A DNA stretch of 62,205 nt, counting the filler, from Choristocarpus tenellus KU-1152 (Eukaryota; Protista; Phaeophyceae), in assembly GCA_964200185.2 (NCBI GenBank). It is 11 parts of 11 records of this genome, joined end to end, with 100 filler letters (N's around TTAATTAATTAA, not from the genome) between each part and the next. Parts side by side here need not be neighbours in the genome. Positions count along the whole stretch, not along the records: positions 47,707 to 53,437 come from CAXNAD020009890.1; positions 53,538 to 56,495 come from CAXNAD020023365.1; positions 56,596 to 59,397 come from CAXNAD020024626.1; positions 59,498 to 62,205 come from CAXNAD020025437.1; 7 more parts are not named here. One strand, 5' to 3'. Each line of letters opens with the position of its first letter. Within the stretch, counting starts at the first letter, position 1. Below the pieces are notes generated by a model. It was not told where the DNA came from. It ran no database searches and worked only from the letters and a program-made list of their open reading frames with translations. The translations under genes were made by a program, and so were the position numbers. This document shows positions 50,523 to 62,205 of the stretch, piece by piece.

Positions 50523-53500
50523 AATAGACGCACATAAGTTCACTACCTATTCCGTTCATCATGATGATGACGCATAGTAACACCTTTCTTTACACGTTTC
50601 TTTGGTTCATGTCCTTGTTATGAGGGGCTACTCCGAGCGCCAGAAGATCATGGCCGCACACGTCGAAGGCCAGTTCGCGGGGATGTTCTTCACTCCTCAA
50701 AATCTTGGAGGAGGTACACATATTGTGGGTTGTGGCTCAACAATCACACGACCGAATAGATGCTGGTTGCGCACACACCAGCTGATTGACCATCATGGTG
50801 AGGGGACCCACCGCAGGTTAGATACCCAAGGACGAGTACATCCTTGCACGATTTTCCTACAGATACCGCAGGCCTGGTGAACAGTTGATTAATTGATGAT
50901 GCGCTGTGCTCCCCTGCCCTCGTATGCCTCAGCTTCAGAAGGGCGAGAGGAGCGTAAGAGCTAATCAAGGAGGAGGGAACCGACAGACATCTATATCAGC
51001 CAGTCGGGTGTATGTGCTCTACATCGCAAAAACAAATTGCATTACCCCTCTTTTTAGCTCCAAGTAAACAATGCGTAAGTAAGCAGAGTACTATTTGCCA
51101 ACTAACGACAGACATCATCGTTCGCGCAGGTTGTAACCTTGTCTGCCCAGCCACCCACCTTGCCCTCACAAGGCTTATCGAAACGTGCCACAACAGTCTC
51201 GATCACGCAGGGGGTTGCATCATCCAGCACGCGCATTGGCAGTTAAGAAAGTTTCATCTTGAGATGACCTGCTTGCGATCTACTCGCCGAATACCGGTCA
51301 CCAAGTAACTATCTGCACGGTGTTTAGTTTTGGTTTGTGGGTTGCTTGTTGCATGTATGATGGTGGTGATGTAGAGCTTGCGCTCTAGCACTACTGGAAA
51401 CACGCCCTGTTTCTCCACGAAACGTGGTGAAAATGGCTGACATATCTGCCTCACGCCTATCCCTCCCTCGCTCCCAACTCCCCAAACTGGCCAGGTTGAC
51501 AACTGCGTCTCAGAGAACAAGAACAATTTCTTTCTCGGATATGCGGGGCTGTTGGTCGCGGCGAGTGTCATTCGTGTGGTCGAGATACATTTTATGATGG
51601 TGGGGCACACGCACTTCAAGATTGATCGGGTCTTCTCCAGATAATTAGGCACACACCATGAATGCGTAGTCACATGATGTTTTGACATGGACAGATACTG
51701 CCTTGAGGCTTGCAGTTCACGCTTGTTGCGTCTGTGGAAGGTTTATGGATATACACTGCAATTGATTGATTGACTTTTGATTTCTCCACAACAAAATAGC
51801 ACGAGAGGAGCAGCTGGCAAAACTGTGTTGTAACCTAGTCTCGAAACAAAACAAAACAAAATTGTACGCATCACCCCTTTTTATATTTATACTTCCGTAT
51901 ACATCCATCGGAGCGTGTGCCTACATATATATCTTGCTTCTCCACTTCGTCTCTTTCGCCCCCCGCCTCAAAATTAACTTGCTTGCATTTCACCTTCAGA
52001 TTCTCACGTGGTATCAAAGGGAAGAACATCTTCACAAGAACACAGCTGGGTGAAGAGCTGCAGGCCTCTTACACGGAGGTTCCAGTCGGAATGAGGGAAA
52101 CTTCAAGGGACTCCTTCGCAGTCACGTCAACCGTGTTCCCAACATCACGAGCTACAGGGCTTTTCACGTTGAAAAAGGCGGTGATGGACGGGTTTAGGTT
52201 AGCGTAAAGCAATACATTCACAGCACCGCATGGAGTGGGATAGGCGCCAACATTACTATCGACCCCAACGCCCCTCCGCACGATCTCTTCATCGGCCACC
52301 CGTCTCGTCTCCAAGATGCACCACCCTACCGGCTCAAGAGCATTCCCGAAGATGTCATCCTGAAGGTGGAGCAGCGGTACCAGGTGTCGCATGAGCGCCT
52401 CGCTGCTGCATACCCACTGGGTAAGTCGAACATTTCGTGAGAGGAGTTGATGGTCAATTTTTGTATTTAGTGGCAGCCAAATACAACTGGTGCAACTTCT
52501 GTACGAGGCAGCCTTTACAGCCTTTACAAAAACAACCTTGAAAAATATTCCATTCTCATGCGTAGTGATCGTTGCATGTCACAATAAACAAGTACTATAG
52601 ATTACCCCCAATAAATGTTTTAAGGGTACCGGTCTTGTACTCAACAGTGACGAATCCGACAAAATCTACACCCTACCTCTCACTAGATGCTCCCCGAGCG
52701 CATTCGTGCAACCTCACGGCTGGTTACAAAGTCACATTCATGCTTCTATACCGTTGGTGTTCTTGTGCTCATGGATTCCACCTTCGCAGATGATGAAGCC
52801 ATTCAGAGAGTGAAACACAAGCAAAGCGAGTCTGTGCGGCTTCTCAAAAAGACAGGGGAATGAGAGTTCGACCTCCCAGTCCATTGGCTTCCCACCGATG
52901 ACGATGGCGCTGGAACTGGTACCAGTGACGTCGAAGACACCGACGAGGGCGAACGTTCGGGTGGAGGAGGTAATCTTGTCAGCGGTGACAATGATCTCGG
53001 CGGGCTCAAGGAAACAGACTCTTCCTCATCGGACAGTGACACGGAAGAAGCTGGCTTTCGTCGATGGGGTTGGCCTCGTGCTACCTTGAGATTGGCGAAC
53101 GATGAAACCTCGTCACCATGCAGGAAGGCAGGTTTGCCTTTTTTGTGGCAATGGAGGCGCCGCTCTTGGTCGACAAGATCCTAGCGGAGCGCATTGGCGA
53201 TGACGGGGAGCGTGGGGTGGATCTTCACTAGCTTTGGCCGACCAGTGACCACACACATGACAACGCCGCGTTTCTGAGCCTTGAGGAGTACGGGAAAAGT
53301 ACTTTTGTCGAAGGCTACATACACGCTGGTGATAGATCCAGGCGAACTGGGAAACAGAAGCGGGTTAAAGACGTAAGCTGGTAACCCGTGGCGGGTATTG
53401 TTTCGATGTGCGAGAAACTTGTTGGGAACGGAAAAAANNNNNNNNNNNNNNNNNNNNNNNNNNNNNNNNNNNNNNNNNNNNTTAATTAATTAANNNNNNN

Positions 53501-55712
53501 NNNNNNNNNNNNNNNNNNNNNNNNNNNNNNNNNNNNNGGGTGAAGGGTGAAGGGGGGAGATGGGAAAAGTACCAAGCACATGTGGGAACAGATATAGTAT
53601 TGGGGGGGGGGAGATTTTGTGGGAGAGAGCTACCCTTCCAGGGAATGGGCAGGGAAGAGAGGGAGAATGATGCTTTTGATCTTGTGGGCCTTCCCTTTCC
53701 CACCTTGTTGTAGCTCCACGGGCATGCATGGAGCATTGTGAATGATTACTGGCATTTCAGTGCAGGGTGTGATCTTGTGTTTGAGCACTACCCCACTTTT
53801 CAAGTATGCCTAGACAACTTCAGTGTATCAATTAAGAAGGTTAATGAGTGGGCCCTCTGGAGTGTGTTTGATCACCGCTCTCTCCACACCTAGTGAAAAC
53901 TTGAGCCTGTTGGTTTATAGCTGTTGTTTCTCCCGCCCATAATCCCACCCCACCCTTCCCACTGCCCTGATATCTATTCAAAGCTGTCCTAATCCTGCCT
54001 CAACCTGCTTACTATACTATATGTCAGACGGGAAATATGACTTCAAGGTGGCGAGAGGCTGTGGTGGTAAGCGTTAGAGGCAGTGGCAAGAACCTGTGCC
54101 TGTTGGTGAGTAAGTACTGATGTAGGGAGGTGTTATGATAAAGGGGTTGCAGGGGGTGAGGTGTCGTTTTTGCATTGGGAAAAGGACTCGAAGCTGCACT
54201 CACAAATTAATATTCTGTCCTAATTTTTTTGCTGTTTTTGCTGCATCTTGCTTGATTAGTCGTCCCACCCTGACTGTGCCATGTGTGCTGAGTAAGTCAA
54301 TGTAAAGAAATGCACAAATCTCTACGACAAATTGTAGTCTATCTTGACTACTTTACTAAAGTGCAGTGAATCCTTGCAATAAAGATCCTGCTGTATTCGA
54401 GCGGTTTGAATTCAACTTCTCTGTTGCCATCTCGTTGGGGGTGGTCAAGGATGTGTTGGAACATTCTGCGTGAAGTCGCCCAGGTGCTCAAGCCCTTGTG
54501 TAGGCCTTCCTCCTGATCCTCCCCCCCCCCTCCTCCCTTGTGTCTGAATGAGATATCTTATCCTCCACTTGTGGAAAGAGGTGGCAACATAATTGATCGA
54601 ACATCAATGGCAGGTGATTTAACCCACCAGATCTCCCCCTACCTGATGGCGTTTTATCTCTTATCCCCCCCTGCTCTCATAAGGTGCACTTTGCTGGATG
54701 GGAAGACAAGTGGGATGAATGGATTCCCATGTCCCATGAGCCTGATAGGATAGCGGCAGCATTCACTCATACCGCACCGAAGGATGGAGTAGGTGAGGAG
54801 GTCATGTTGTGAGAGGAGTTACTGTCAGGAAAAGGAAAATGGTTTTGGGGTGGAGGGGAAGGTTAGGTTCAGAAGTGTTAGGCAGAAAAGGTATGACATG
54901 GCTCGGAGATCAAGGGTTAGTGTTGGAGGGGAAGGGGTGAGGAGAAGGGATGGAAAGGGGGCAGGGGGAAGGATTGTTAATGTTTATGTGGGGGAGGGGG
55001 GTTCCATACCTCCAGAGGTGTTCCAAGGATGCATTTCTGATGGAGCAAATCAGTACAGTAGGAGGATTTGTTGAGTGCTACCTAGTGTTCTTTTTTTTGT
55101 TGCCAGATTTATTATTATTTTTTTTTGTGGGGACGAGACACAGAAAAGAAGAATAACTGCATCACGTCGAGGTTGAGGTTGCTCACCCACCTCCTGCCCC
55201 TAGTATTCCATGCCTCTCTGCCTATATCTTTGAATTTGTATTTTTTGATATTCACCCCAAGGATGATCTTCTTTTCCTCTTGACTGGACTTGAATAATCA
55301 GTGTAGTAAGTAATGCATTTCAAAGGACTATTCATTGTACTGTTGTGCTTTGCTCTGTATTGAAAAATAGAAATTGTGACCCTGCACTTCAATATCCAAG
55401 CTGTTCATTATGTACTGCATGACTATTAATGGTTGGGGGGATTTGGTTTCGTTCTATTGTGTTATTATTTGTATCTGTAGTACTGCATCATACCCCCGTG
55501 TTGCTCAGGAGCACATTTTGATTGGAGAACTTCGCAAAATGCACTATCTTCATATAGTGTACCTACAAACTGCTGCAATTATCTTGGACAAGCAGGGCAA
55601 GCAGTGAAATGTGTAATGATTGTTGTGATCCTCAAACCTCCACCCAACTCCCAAGATGCCCACCCGTTTTCCATGAACCCTTTGGAAATTCTGGTTATAC
55701 CAGGCAATCTCC

Positions 55713-55754
55713 CAAGACGTGTCAACACTGACGCAAGACGTGTCAACACTGACG
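55713..55754. repeat. Perfect 21-bp tandem duplication
   Basis: caagacgtgtcaacactgacg twice. Confidence 0.9.
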
Positions 55755-56093
55755 TAAATGGGAACAGCAGGGCTCGAGGCCGCAAAGGCAGTGAGGTCAG
55801 TACAAGCGCTGAGTTGAACAGTGGAGCTTGTTGGTTGGAAGGTTTCCTCTCCTGCTCCCCTTCCCCTCCCATGATGTCTTGTTGCCACCACTGAAATTAG
55901 CCCCAATTACCACTGTCTGGCAAAGCCTTCTGGGTGTTTATGCTTGCTGCCAGGTATCCCTACAATTTTGGTCTGCCTTGGTCTGCTCCGTAATGTTACT
56001 GAACCTCTCTCCGTAAAGTTTGTTCCCCTCCCCCCCCCTGATTTTGAATTCTATACGTTGTGTTGGCTCTTGGTGCGCTTATGACTCTTGCAG

Positions 56094-56369
56094 TTGCAGC
56101 ATGAGTCAACTCGACGGTCACATCGACACAGACGGGGAGAACGAGATATGGGGCATGGTGTTGGTGGCAGCTGGAGAAGTGGCCATGAACATGTGCAGAG
56201 CAGTTCTGCCTATGACCTGTCGTTGGTTGTGGAGGGTAGTTTGAGATTCAAGAGGAATCAAACACACAATTTTTACGCACGGAATTATGAGGGACCTTCC
56301 GTAAGCCCCTCAGGCAGCCAGGATAGTCAGCTTTCGGAGGCAGTGTTTCGTGATGCGATGCGTCGAAAG
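56094..56369 (+). CDS. Probable internal exon of an unidentified protein
   Basis: Open frame HESTRRSHR...EAVFRDAMRRK bounded by CAG acceptor(s) and an AAG|GTATGA donor. No recognisable domain. Confidence 0.5.
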
Positions 56370-56595
56370 GTATGATAGGTGTCAAGTTCTTTCTGACATT
56401 GGAAGATGCGATACAAACATGGGTGGGCGGGGGGGGGGGGGGGGGGCACTTGATGTATGCCTCATTTCTACCTCACCGTACCCTATTATTTGGGGNNNNN
56501 NNNNNNNNNNNNNNNNNNNNNNNNNNNNNNNNNNNNNNNTTAATTAATTAANNNNNNNNNNNNNNNNNNNNNNNNNNNNNNNNNNNNNNNNNNNN

Positions 56596-56638
56596 TGAAA
56601 AACGGACGCCGACACCCCCCCCCCAGATACTTTGACCC
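56596..56638 (-). mobile_element. End of a GGGTCAAAGTATCT poly-G element at the contig start; similar ends at 16313-16334 and 47566-47606
   Basis: AAAAACGGACGCCGACACCCCCCCCCCAGATACTTTGACCC is the near reverse complement of 60240-60283. Confidence 0.8.
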
Positions 56639-57859
56639 TGAAGAAGTGCAATCTCAAGGAAATACCGCCAGAGTGCCACAAGCCCCACTGAACCGAGCAT
56701 TTTCAAAAAGAGACGCGAAATTTCTTCTTCATTGGAAATCATACAATGTTAAAACTACTACAGTATTTGTTGTTGAAGGTGGAACAAATACATCTGCTAC
56801 TATGAATAGATACTATGTGTGCAGAATTACATTTTTCAATGATTATTCAGATCGGTTTGAATGGTGTCACACACACATGGTCGAGAGGTAGCCAATAGAA
56901 AGCAGCACATATTGCTTATTACTGCTTATTGCTTGAGACTTGAGAATAGGAGAGGAAAGATGTTAAGAACTGAGCAAACTGTGCTATGTCCATTAAATGG
57001 AGAATATAGTGTAGGAGAAAATGATCCTCAACCCGATAATCAGTTGCCAGAAAGTGGTATATGGTCAGGCGTCAAGATATCGGACAATGATTGGGCGAAC
57101 TGGGACGTACGGATGGACATGGTACGATAATAAGATCCACCCGATAATAACATGTATGAGAGATTCTTGGGATGCTTCCCTCGCTCCTCAGTCTGGGGTG
57201 CAGAAATAGGTTTTAGACACGATAGGAAGGCACTAAGTTCAACATAGTAGTAGAATAGGAGATAGGAAATATATTTTCACATTTGTGACAACTTTTAATG
57301 TGTTTTCAGGCATGTGAATAGTTCGTTTTAGTTTTTCCCTCTGGAACATCTGGAAAATGTCAGAGGGCATAATAATAGAATAAGATGTATAAAATGCATG
57401 TTAGTATGTTCGTGTATATGTGGACTGCTATTATAATATTATATTTATTTTTTACCCTCTACATTTTACAGATATGTCAGAGGGAAAACCAATGAAAGGC
57501 CAATTAAATATCAGAACCCCTGAAAAAGTAACAGTTGTAGTAAATGTGAAAGACATTTTCTCCATATTACAATATTACTCTTCATTACGCTAGTCTGAGG
57601 CATGACAGAGTGGTGATATAAAATATAGAAGAGAGTGGTGGTTGAAAAGGTATCTCAAAGAAGGTAAGTAATAGACAGATACCCCTTAAGAAAGACCAGT
57701 AAGGACGGTAAATAAAAAACAAAAAAGGGAAGAAAAATGAGAATAAATAGAATAAATATGAAGAACAGAATCCTCGAGAGAAAAAACACTGTCTCTCAAG
57801 AAGATGAAGAAAGGGTAGAAGAGAAATCAGCTCCAAAAGGAAACAAAACTAAGCGGAGA

Positions 57860-58115
57860 GTGATGGCTCTGGCGTTGATGACATGGGTGATCTTACCTGC
57901 TGCATTGATGCAACGTACGTCAGCCGTCACTGGTCTTCAGCCAAACAACTTCAATCTAAACTCACGAAGGTCAGCTTGGAGGCATGTCAACCAGCTCTTC
58001 TCCTGTCCACCTTGCCTCCGTTTTCCAACTGCAAGGTCCCCAAACATCAAAATTTTAGGGAGCATCTCATCCCCAATGCGCACCATTGTAACTAAGTGAC
58101 TGAGGTGGCTGCTAC
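57860..58115 (-). mobile_element. RTE-clade LINE remnant (3' end of the RT ORF)
   Basis: LVTMVRIGDEMLPKILMFGDLAVGKRRQGGQEKSWLTCLQADLREF matches the RTE C-terminal pattern RM...RLPK..L.GEL..G.R..GG..K.W...L..DL. Confidence 0.8.
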
Positions 58116-59840
58116 CCCCATTTATTATTCCAGGTTTGATAGAACTATTTTCGTAGAGTGATGGATTATAAATTCCACACATAAAACAATTACTTACATA
58201 GAATATGATTGATTAAAAATATGTAGAACGTTGTATCAAAATGTCGAAAAGTTATTTATATAGAATAAATTATGAATTATATGTATTACAGAATTGTTCA
58301 TGTTTTGATATTTTATTGTGTTTGTTTGATGTGGGAAGTCAAAAACGACGGAATTTCACCCTCTTTCCTCTCCATTCGCCACAAGAGATGGTTTATATGC
58401 CCTTGGTGCAATACAAGGAATAGTCCCTGTCACTTGTCATGAGAATAATGAGGCAGGTCAGGTGCAACGCATAACATATATTAGTAGTGCAATTTCGAAG
58501 TTATACACAATATATATGCTCAAGTTGTTATCTGTTCATCACTCAAATGAAGGAGTGCTTATGAAACCCTTAAGCTTAGACCCGAAGTAAATGAGGAGTG
58601 CTCAGGTTTTGGGCGTTTTGCATTATAAGCCAGTTTTTCAATATTTTTCAATTCATCCATATTTCTATTTATGATGTTGTGCTGAGTTTGAGAGGATTGA
58701 TTTTTCTTTTGTTTGAAATTTTTTAATGTAATTTGGAAATATGCTACACATATTTATTTTAAAAGTTATATTTTGTACATATTTGTCAGGATCGGTAGAT
58801 TGCAACTGTGGGTACCTCTCGTTTACTTTGACTCTTTCTGACTGTCACTTGCAACAATGTACTTCCACCTTGGTCGGCAACCACCATCATCGTATATATA
58901 TATATATATATTCCGATCTATACATTTGTTCCACAGGATTATACCCACGCTGACAAGCATATTGTGTTGTTATTTTTTGGCAGACATCGCTGTCCAGTGA
59001 TCCGCTGACGGCACGGTACAGTCGTATGACGACCTACCTCCTCGCTCGCCTACAAGACAATAGTACTGGCCCATTGGTCCAACTTTCTTATCGGGGAGGA
59101 TAGAGAAATGCAGGAGGAACATCACCGTAGCAGGCAAAGAATGCTCAAGCTGAACCTATCTGACCTCTCCAATTGCAAACACGATAGACCAGGCATGGTT
59201 AGGGTTAGGTAAGCGCTGGTACTTCCATTAAACCCCGTACGTGAACAACTATATTGCTAATTTTCCACGACTGTGATAGGGTACTACAGTCCTCTTACAA
59301 TCAGAAACTGTGCCTGGGTAACAGTGGGGGCTTTATCGGGGGGGAAGAGGACGGAAAGTCTGCCAGATTGCAGCCACGGTGCTCCACCAACACCAGGNNN
59401 NNNNNNNNNNNNNNNNNNNNNNNNNNNNNNNNNNNNNNNNNTTAATTAATTAANNNNNNNNNNNNNNNNNNNNNNNNNNNNNNNNNNNNNNNNNNNNGAT
59501 TGATTTTTTTTTTTTTTTTTAAGGGAAGAGGGAAAGGGATTTTAGGGTTAGGGCGCCATTGCTCTCAGTGTGTGTATACATCAAACAGGTATGCTATTAA
59601 TGATGTATATAGTTTACTGAGGTATATTTGCTGGGGTTAGTTTATCAGTTGCCATTGATCTCTCATGTCACTACTACAATACCTTTTCATGTCACTACTA
59701 CAATACCTTTTCCCTCCACCGTACTCCTCCACGAACCAAGACAATGCTTCACGACAATTTTTTTGTTTGTTTGTGATAATATTGTTCCGATGTAAAGATT
59801 CAAAATTATCATTTTGTGTCTCAACCTACCTATTGTGTAG

Positions 59841-60056
59841 GTGAGGGCACCGGAACTGGCTCTCCTGCAGATTATCGTGATGGATAAGGACGTTGACTCG
59901 GATGATTTCATCGCCCAGACAGTCCTCCCGGTGAAATGTATCCGGACTGGTTACCGGTCTGTGAGGTTGTACAGTGGTAGTGGGACCACCCACGGGGAGT
60001 TTGAACACTGTTCAATATTTTGTCGTTTCTGCTTTGAAGACATTAAAGTGTTTTGA
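59841..60056 (+). CDS. PLC: Last exon of phosphoinositide phospholipase C (C2 domain C-terminus)
   Basis: TAG acceptor at 59840, then VRAPELALLQIIVMDKDVDSDDFIAQTVLPVKCIRTGYRSVRLY...*. PELA and GYR.V.L are PI-PLC C2 signatures. Confidence 0.9.
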   Translation: MRAPELALLQIIVMDKDVDSDDFIAQTVLPVKCIRTGYRSVRLYSGSGTTHGEFEHCSIFCRFCFEDIKVF

Positions 60057-60239
60057 ATGACTTGTTGGGAGGGGAGTGGTTGTTCTAGCAGGCGGTAGGG
60101 GCGGTTGGGTAGAGGGGGAGGGTCAAGGGAGATGGTGAAGCGGGCATGGCGTCCGTGGGGGGAGCGAGGGTTGACTTGACTCAAGCAGCGCTTGGGTTGT
60201 GCTGTTTGTTGGGAGGTTGGAGGTGTAGGTGGATGTATG

Positions 60240-60288
60240 GGGTCAAAGTATCTGGGAGGGGGGGGGTGCCTGCGTCCGTTTTTGACCC
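60240..60288 (+). mobile_element. 49-bp minimal poly-G element with GGGTCAAA/TTTGACCC termini
   Basis: Near-identical to 28263-28315; no TSD visible. Confidence 0.7.
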
Positions 60289-62205
60289 TTGCAATTGATG
60301 TGAACGGAATGTCTAAGCGGCTGGCTCTTTTTCAGTGCGTGAAATTGTTTGTTTTGCGTGGTGTTGTACTGCTTGTTTTAGGCCTTGGTATGACTCACAT
60401 GATACATGTGCAACGGTAATCCATGTTTGGTAGGGAGGTTTGCCGAGATTTGGTAAGCTAGAGGGGTGGGTGCAGGAAACAGGTAGGTGCTACCTGCGCT
60501 ACCACTTCTTTATTGGCTCCATTGTGGTGTGTAGGTCATTCCGGTGGGTTTAATGATTCCTTTTTTGGAAAGTGTCCTGTAACCTTCAGTCTTTGCATAA
60601 CCATACGCTATTTCATTTCTTTCCTTGGATTTTGGTGTTGATTCACAGGGGAGGTTAGGAGTTTGTAGGTCCTGCATAATTTGTGTGTGTGAGAGAGTGT
60701 TTCTGTGTGTTTCTGTGTGTGTGTGTGTGTGTGTGTGTTGGAAGGGAACTTCGTTTTTTAGTCGCATCTCCATACATTGGCTTTTCCTGAATTATCAAGA
60801 AAAGTCGGGCAGTTTGCTGCTGTTGCTCCTCACTATGGCTGCTGTCGATTTGCTAGATTCATTTCTATACAACACAGGAGACTGCCTCTGGTGCTCCTTG
60901 CATATGGCACATGTCGTGGTGTTTTTTTTTCTATTATTTAGGGGTTTTTTTGTATGTGACATCTGATGACATCTGAAGTAACTTTTACACGGGTTGAATG
61001 AGGTGTAGGCACAACATCTTTTATGTGCTTACGAGCATCTCTCTGCCTTTTTTGCACACATGCAGTAGTAGGTTAAATTGGGGAGGGCATTATGAACGGA
61101 CTCAAATAGAGAGGAAGTAAATGTGAGCCCTTTTTTGCATTTTTAGTTCAAGTTGGACCCCGTTTGATCCAACTTGGTTTGGTCTGTAGCAGCACTATAT
61201 CCAGGTCCATAGGACAGCATTGAAGACCCAAGCACGTAGAAGAGCAAGATAGGTTCTTTGCAACACTAGTCTTGGTCTGTGCTGTCTAGAGGTGCGTTGT
61301 AGCTATGTAGAGTCGTGAGGTGTTGAGAATGTGGTGAGAATGGCACGACTTTTGTGTGTATGTAAGCGTATTGTTTTATTTGTCAAATTCATTTATTACC
61401 CATGTTTGTCATATTTTTTATGTTTGACATGTATGCGATGGTCTACTGGTACTGATAAGAACATGGAGTAACAAACAGCGGTCATGTAATAGGAGCAGGG
61501 AGATGGATAGTTTTGTTAGTTACCTTGCTTTGGACATATTTTGCTTGTCTGATTATTTATGAGACGTTCACAGGGTGCCTGTCTGTGTGCTGTGCTGTGC
61601 TGTGTGTTTAATAAAAGTGCCTGCGTCCTTGTGCATCTTATTGTAGTAGGTCCTCTGTGTGTGTGTGGAAGAACAGTAGCAGTGGTGGGTGTTGCTGTGA
61701 GTGAACTTGACCCTCCCTTTCCTTTTTTCTGGTAGTTAACCATGTTCCATTGAGTGTATTTCGGGGCAGCCTGAGAAAGGAGGTTGCTTTTTATTACGAT
61801 TATAACTTCAGGTATCTCTCATTTATCTCTGCTCATGCAGATACACTCGCTTAGTTGGATGTTTCTACAAATCCAAAGAAGATGCTTGCCTAAGATACTA
61901 AAGCTAGGTTTTCCAAGGTTACGTAGGAGGAACTTAATTGCTTCTTCTGTGGACGTGATGTGCTGTACCTGGGACGTTTGTGCTGCTTTTCTACCCACAT
62001 TTGGGTAGTTTTGTTATTTGATCGTGGGGAGTGTCATCCAATTGATTGGATGAGTGAGGGCTTCAGATCAGTTCATTCGTCAACCAGCTGGTCTTCGTGT
62101 GTGTTCGTGCTTATGCGACCACCTGCAGTCTCTGCACAAATAACAGAGGATTTTCAAAATTGGGGATGGAGCGGGACTACGAGGATGGTTGTCTTGCGAA
62201 AACGG

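Larger units (their letters stand above)
47707..53380 (+). pseudogene. Intron-rich decayed DDD transposase gene (Sola-like / DUF7869-type RNase H fold)
   Basis: Exons ~47707-47833 (VCTQFFKASFGIS), 48234-48368 (W...YGQFMP), 49260-49517 (FMKCDIC), 49979-50142 (MSVDAAN*), 50625-50862 (IFLQ), 51495-51640 (VDNCVSENKN...MMVGHTHFKIDRVFS), 52000-52420 and 52790 onward (acidic tail). Contains in-frame stops and frameshifts. Confidence 0.8.

Overview
This is eukaryotic nuclear DNA, not a prokaryotic locus. It is 11 short contigs joined by artificial 100-bp linkers (N44-TTAATTAATTAA-N44), so no synteny can be inferred across the gaps. Short exons in long GT-AG introns, abundant TTAGGG-type motifs and the protein sequences fit a stramenopile, probably a brown alga (inference). 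Partial spliced host genes reconstructed by hand: a heparan-sulfate-type sulfotransferase (3' part), ribosomal protein RPS7/eS7 (5' part) head-to-head with an RCHY1/PIRH2-like CHY-RING E3 ligase, a TKL-type kinase with a substituted catalytic Asp, a CAMK-type kinase (3' end) and the C2-domain last exon of a phospholipase C. Mobile DNA dominates the rest: five Tc1/mariner copies or remnants, seven copies of a ~258-bp GAG...CTC MITE (four with 4-bp TSDs), related poly-G elements sharing its end motifs, an intron-rich decayed Sola-like DDD transposase, and an RTE LINE remnant. The main leads are a scrambled patch of bacterial fragments (IS256 plus ABC ATPase) at ~11.1-11.5 kb, the Sola-like transposase with its candidate MITE families, TTAGGG tracts just downstream of splice donors, and a sense-strand hairpin in an RPS7 intron. 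Most ORFs in the supplied track are spurious. Protein and element families were assigned by motif recognition only; no database searches were run.
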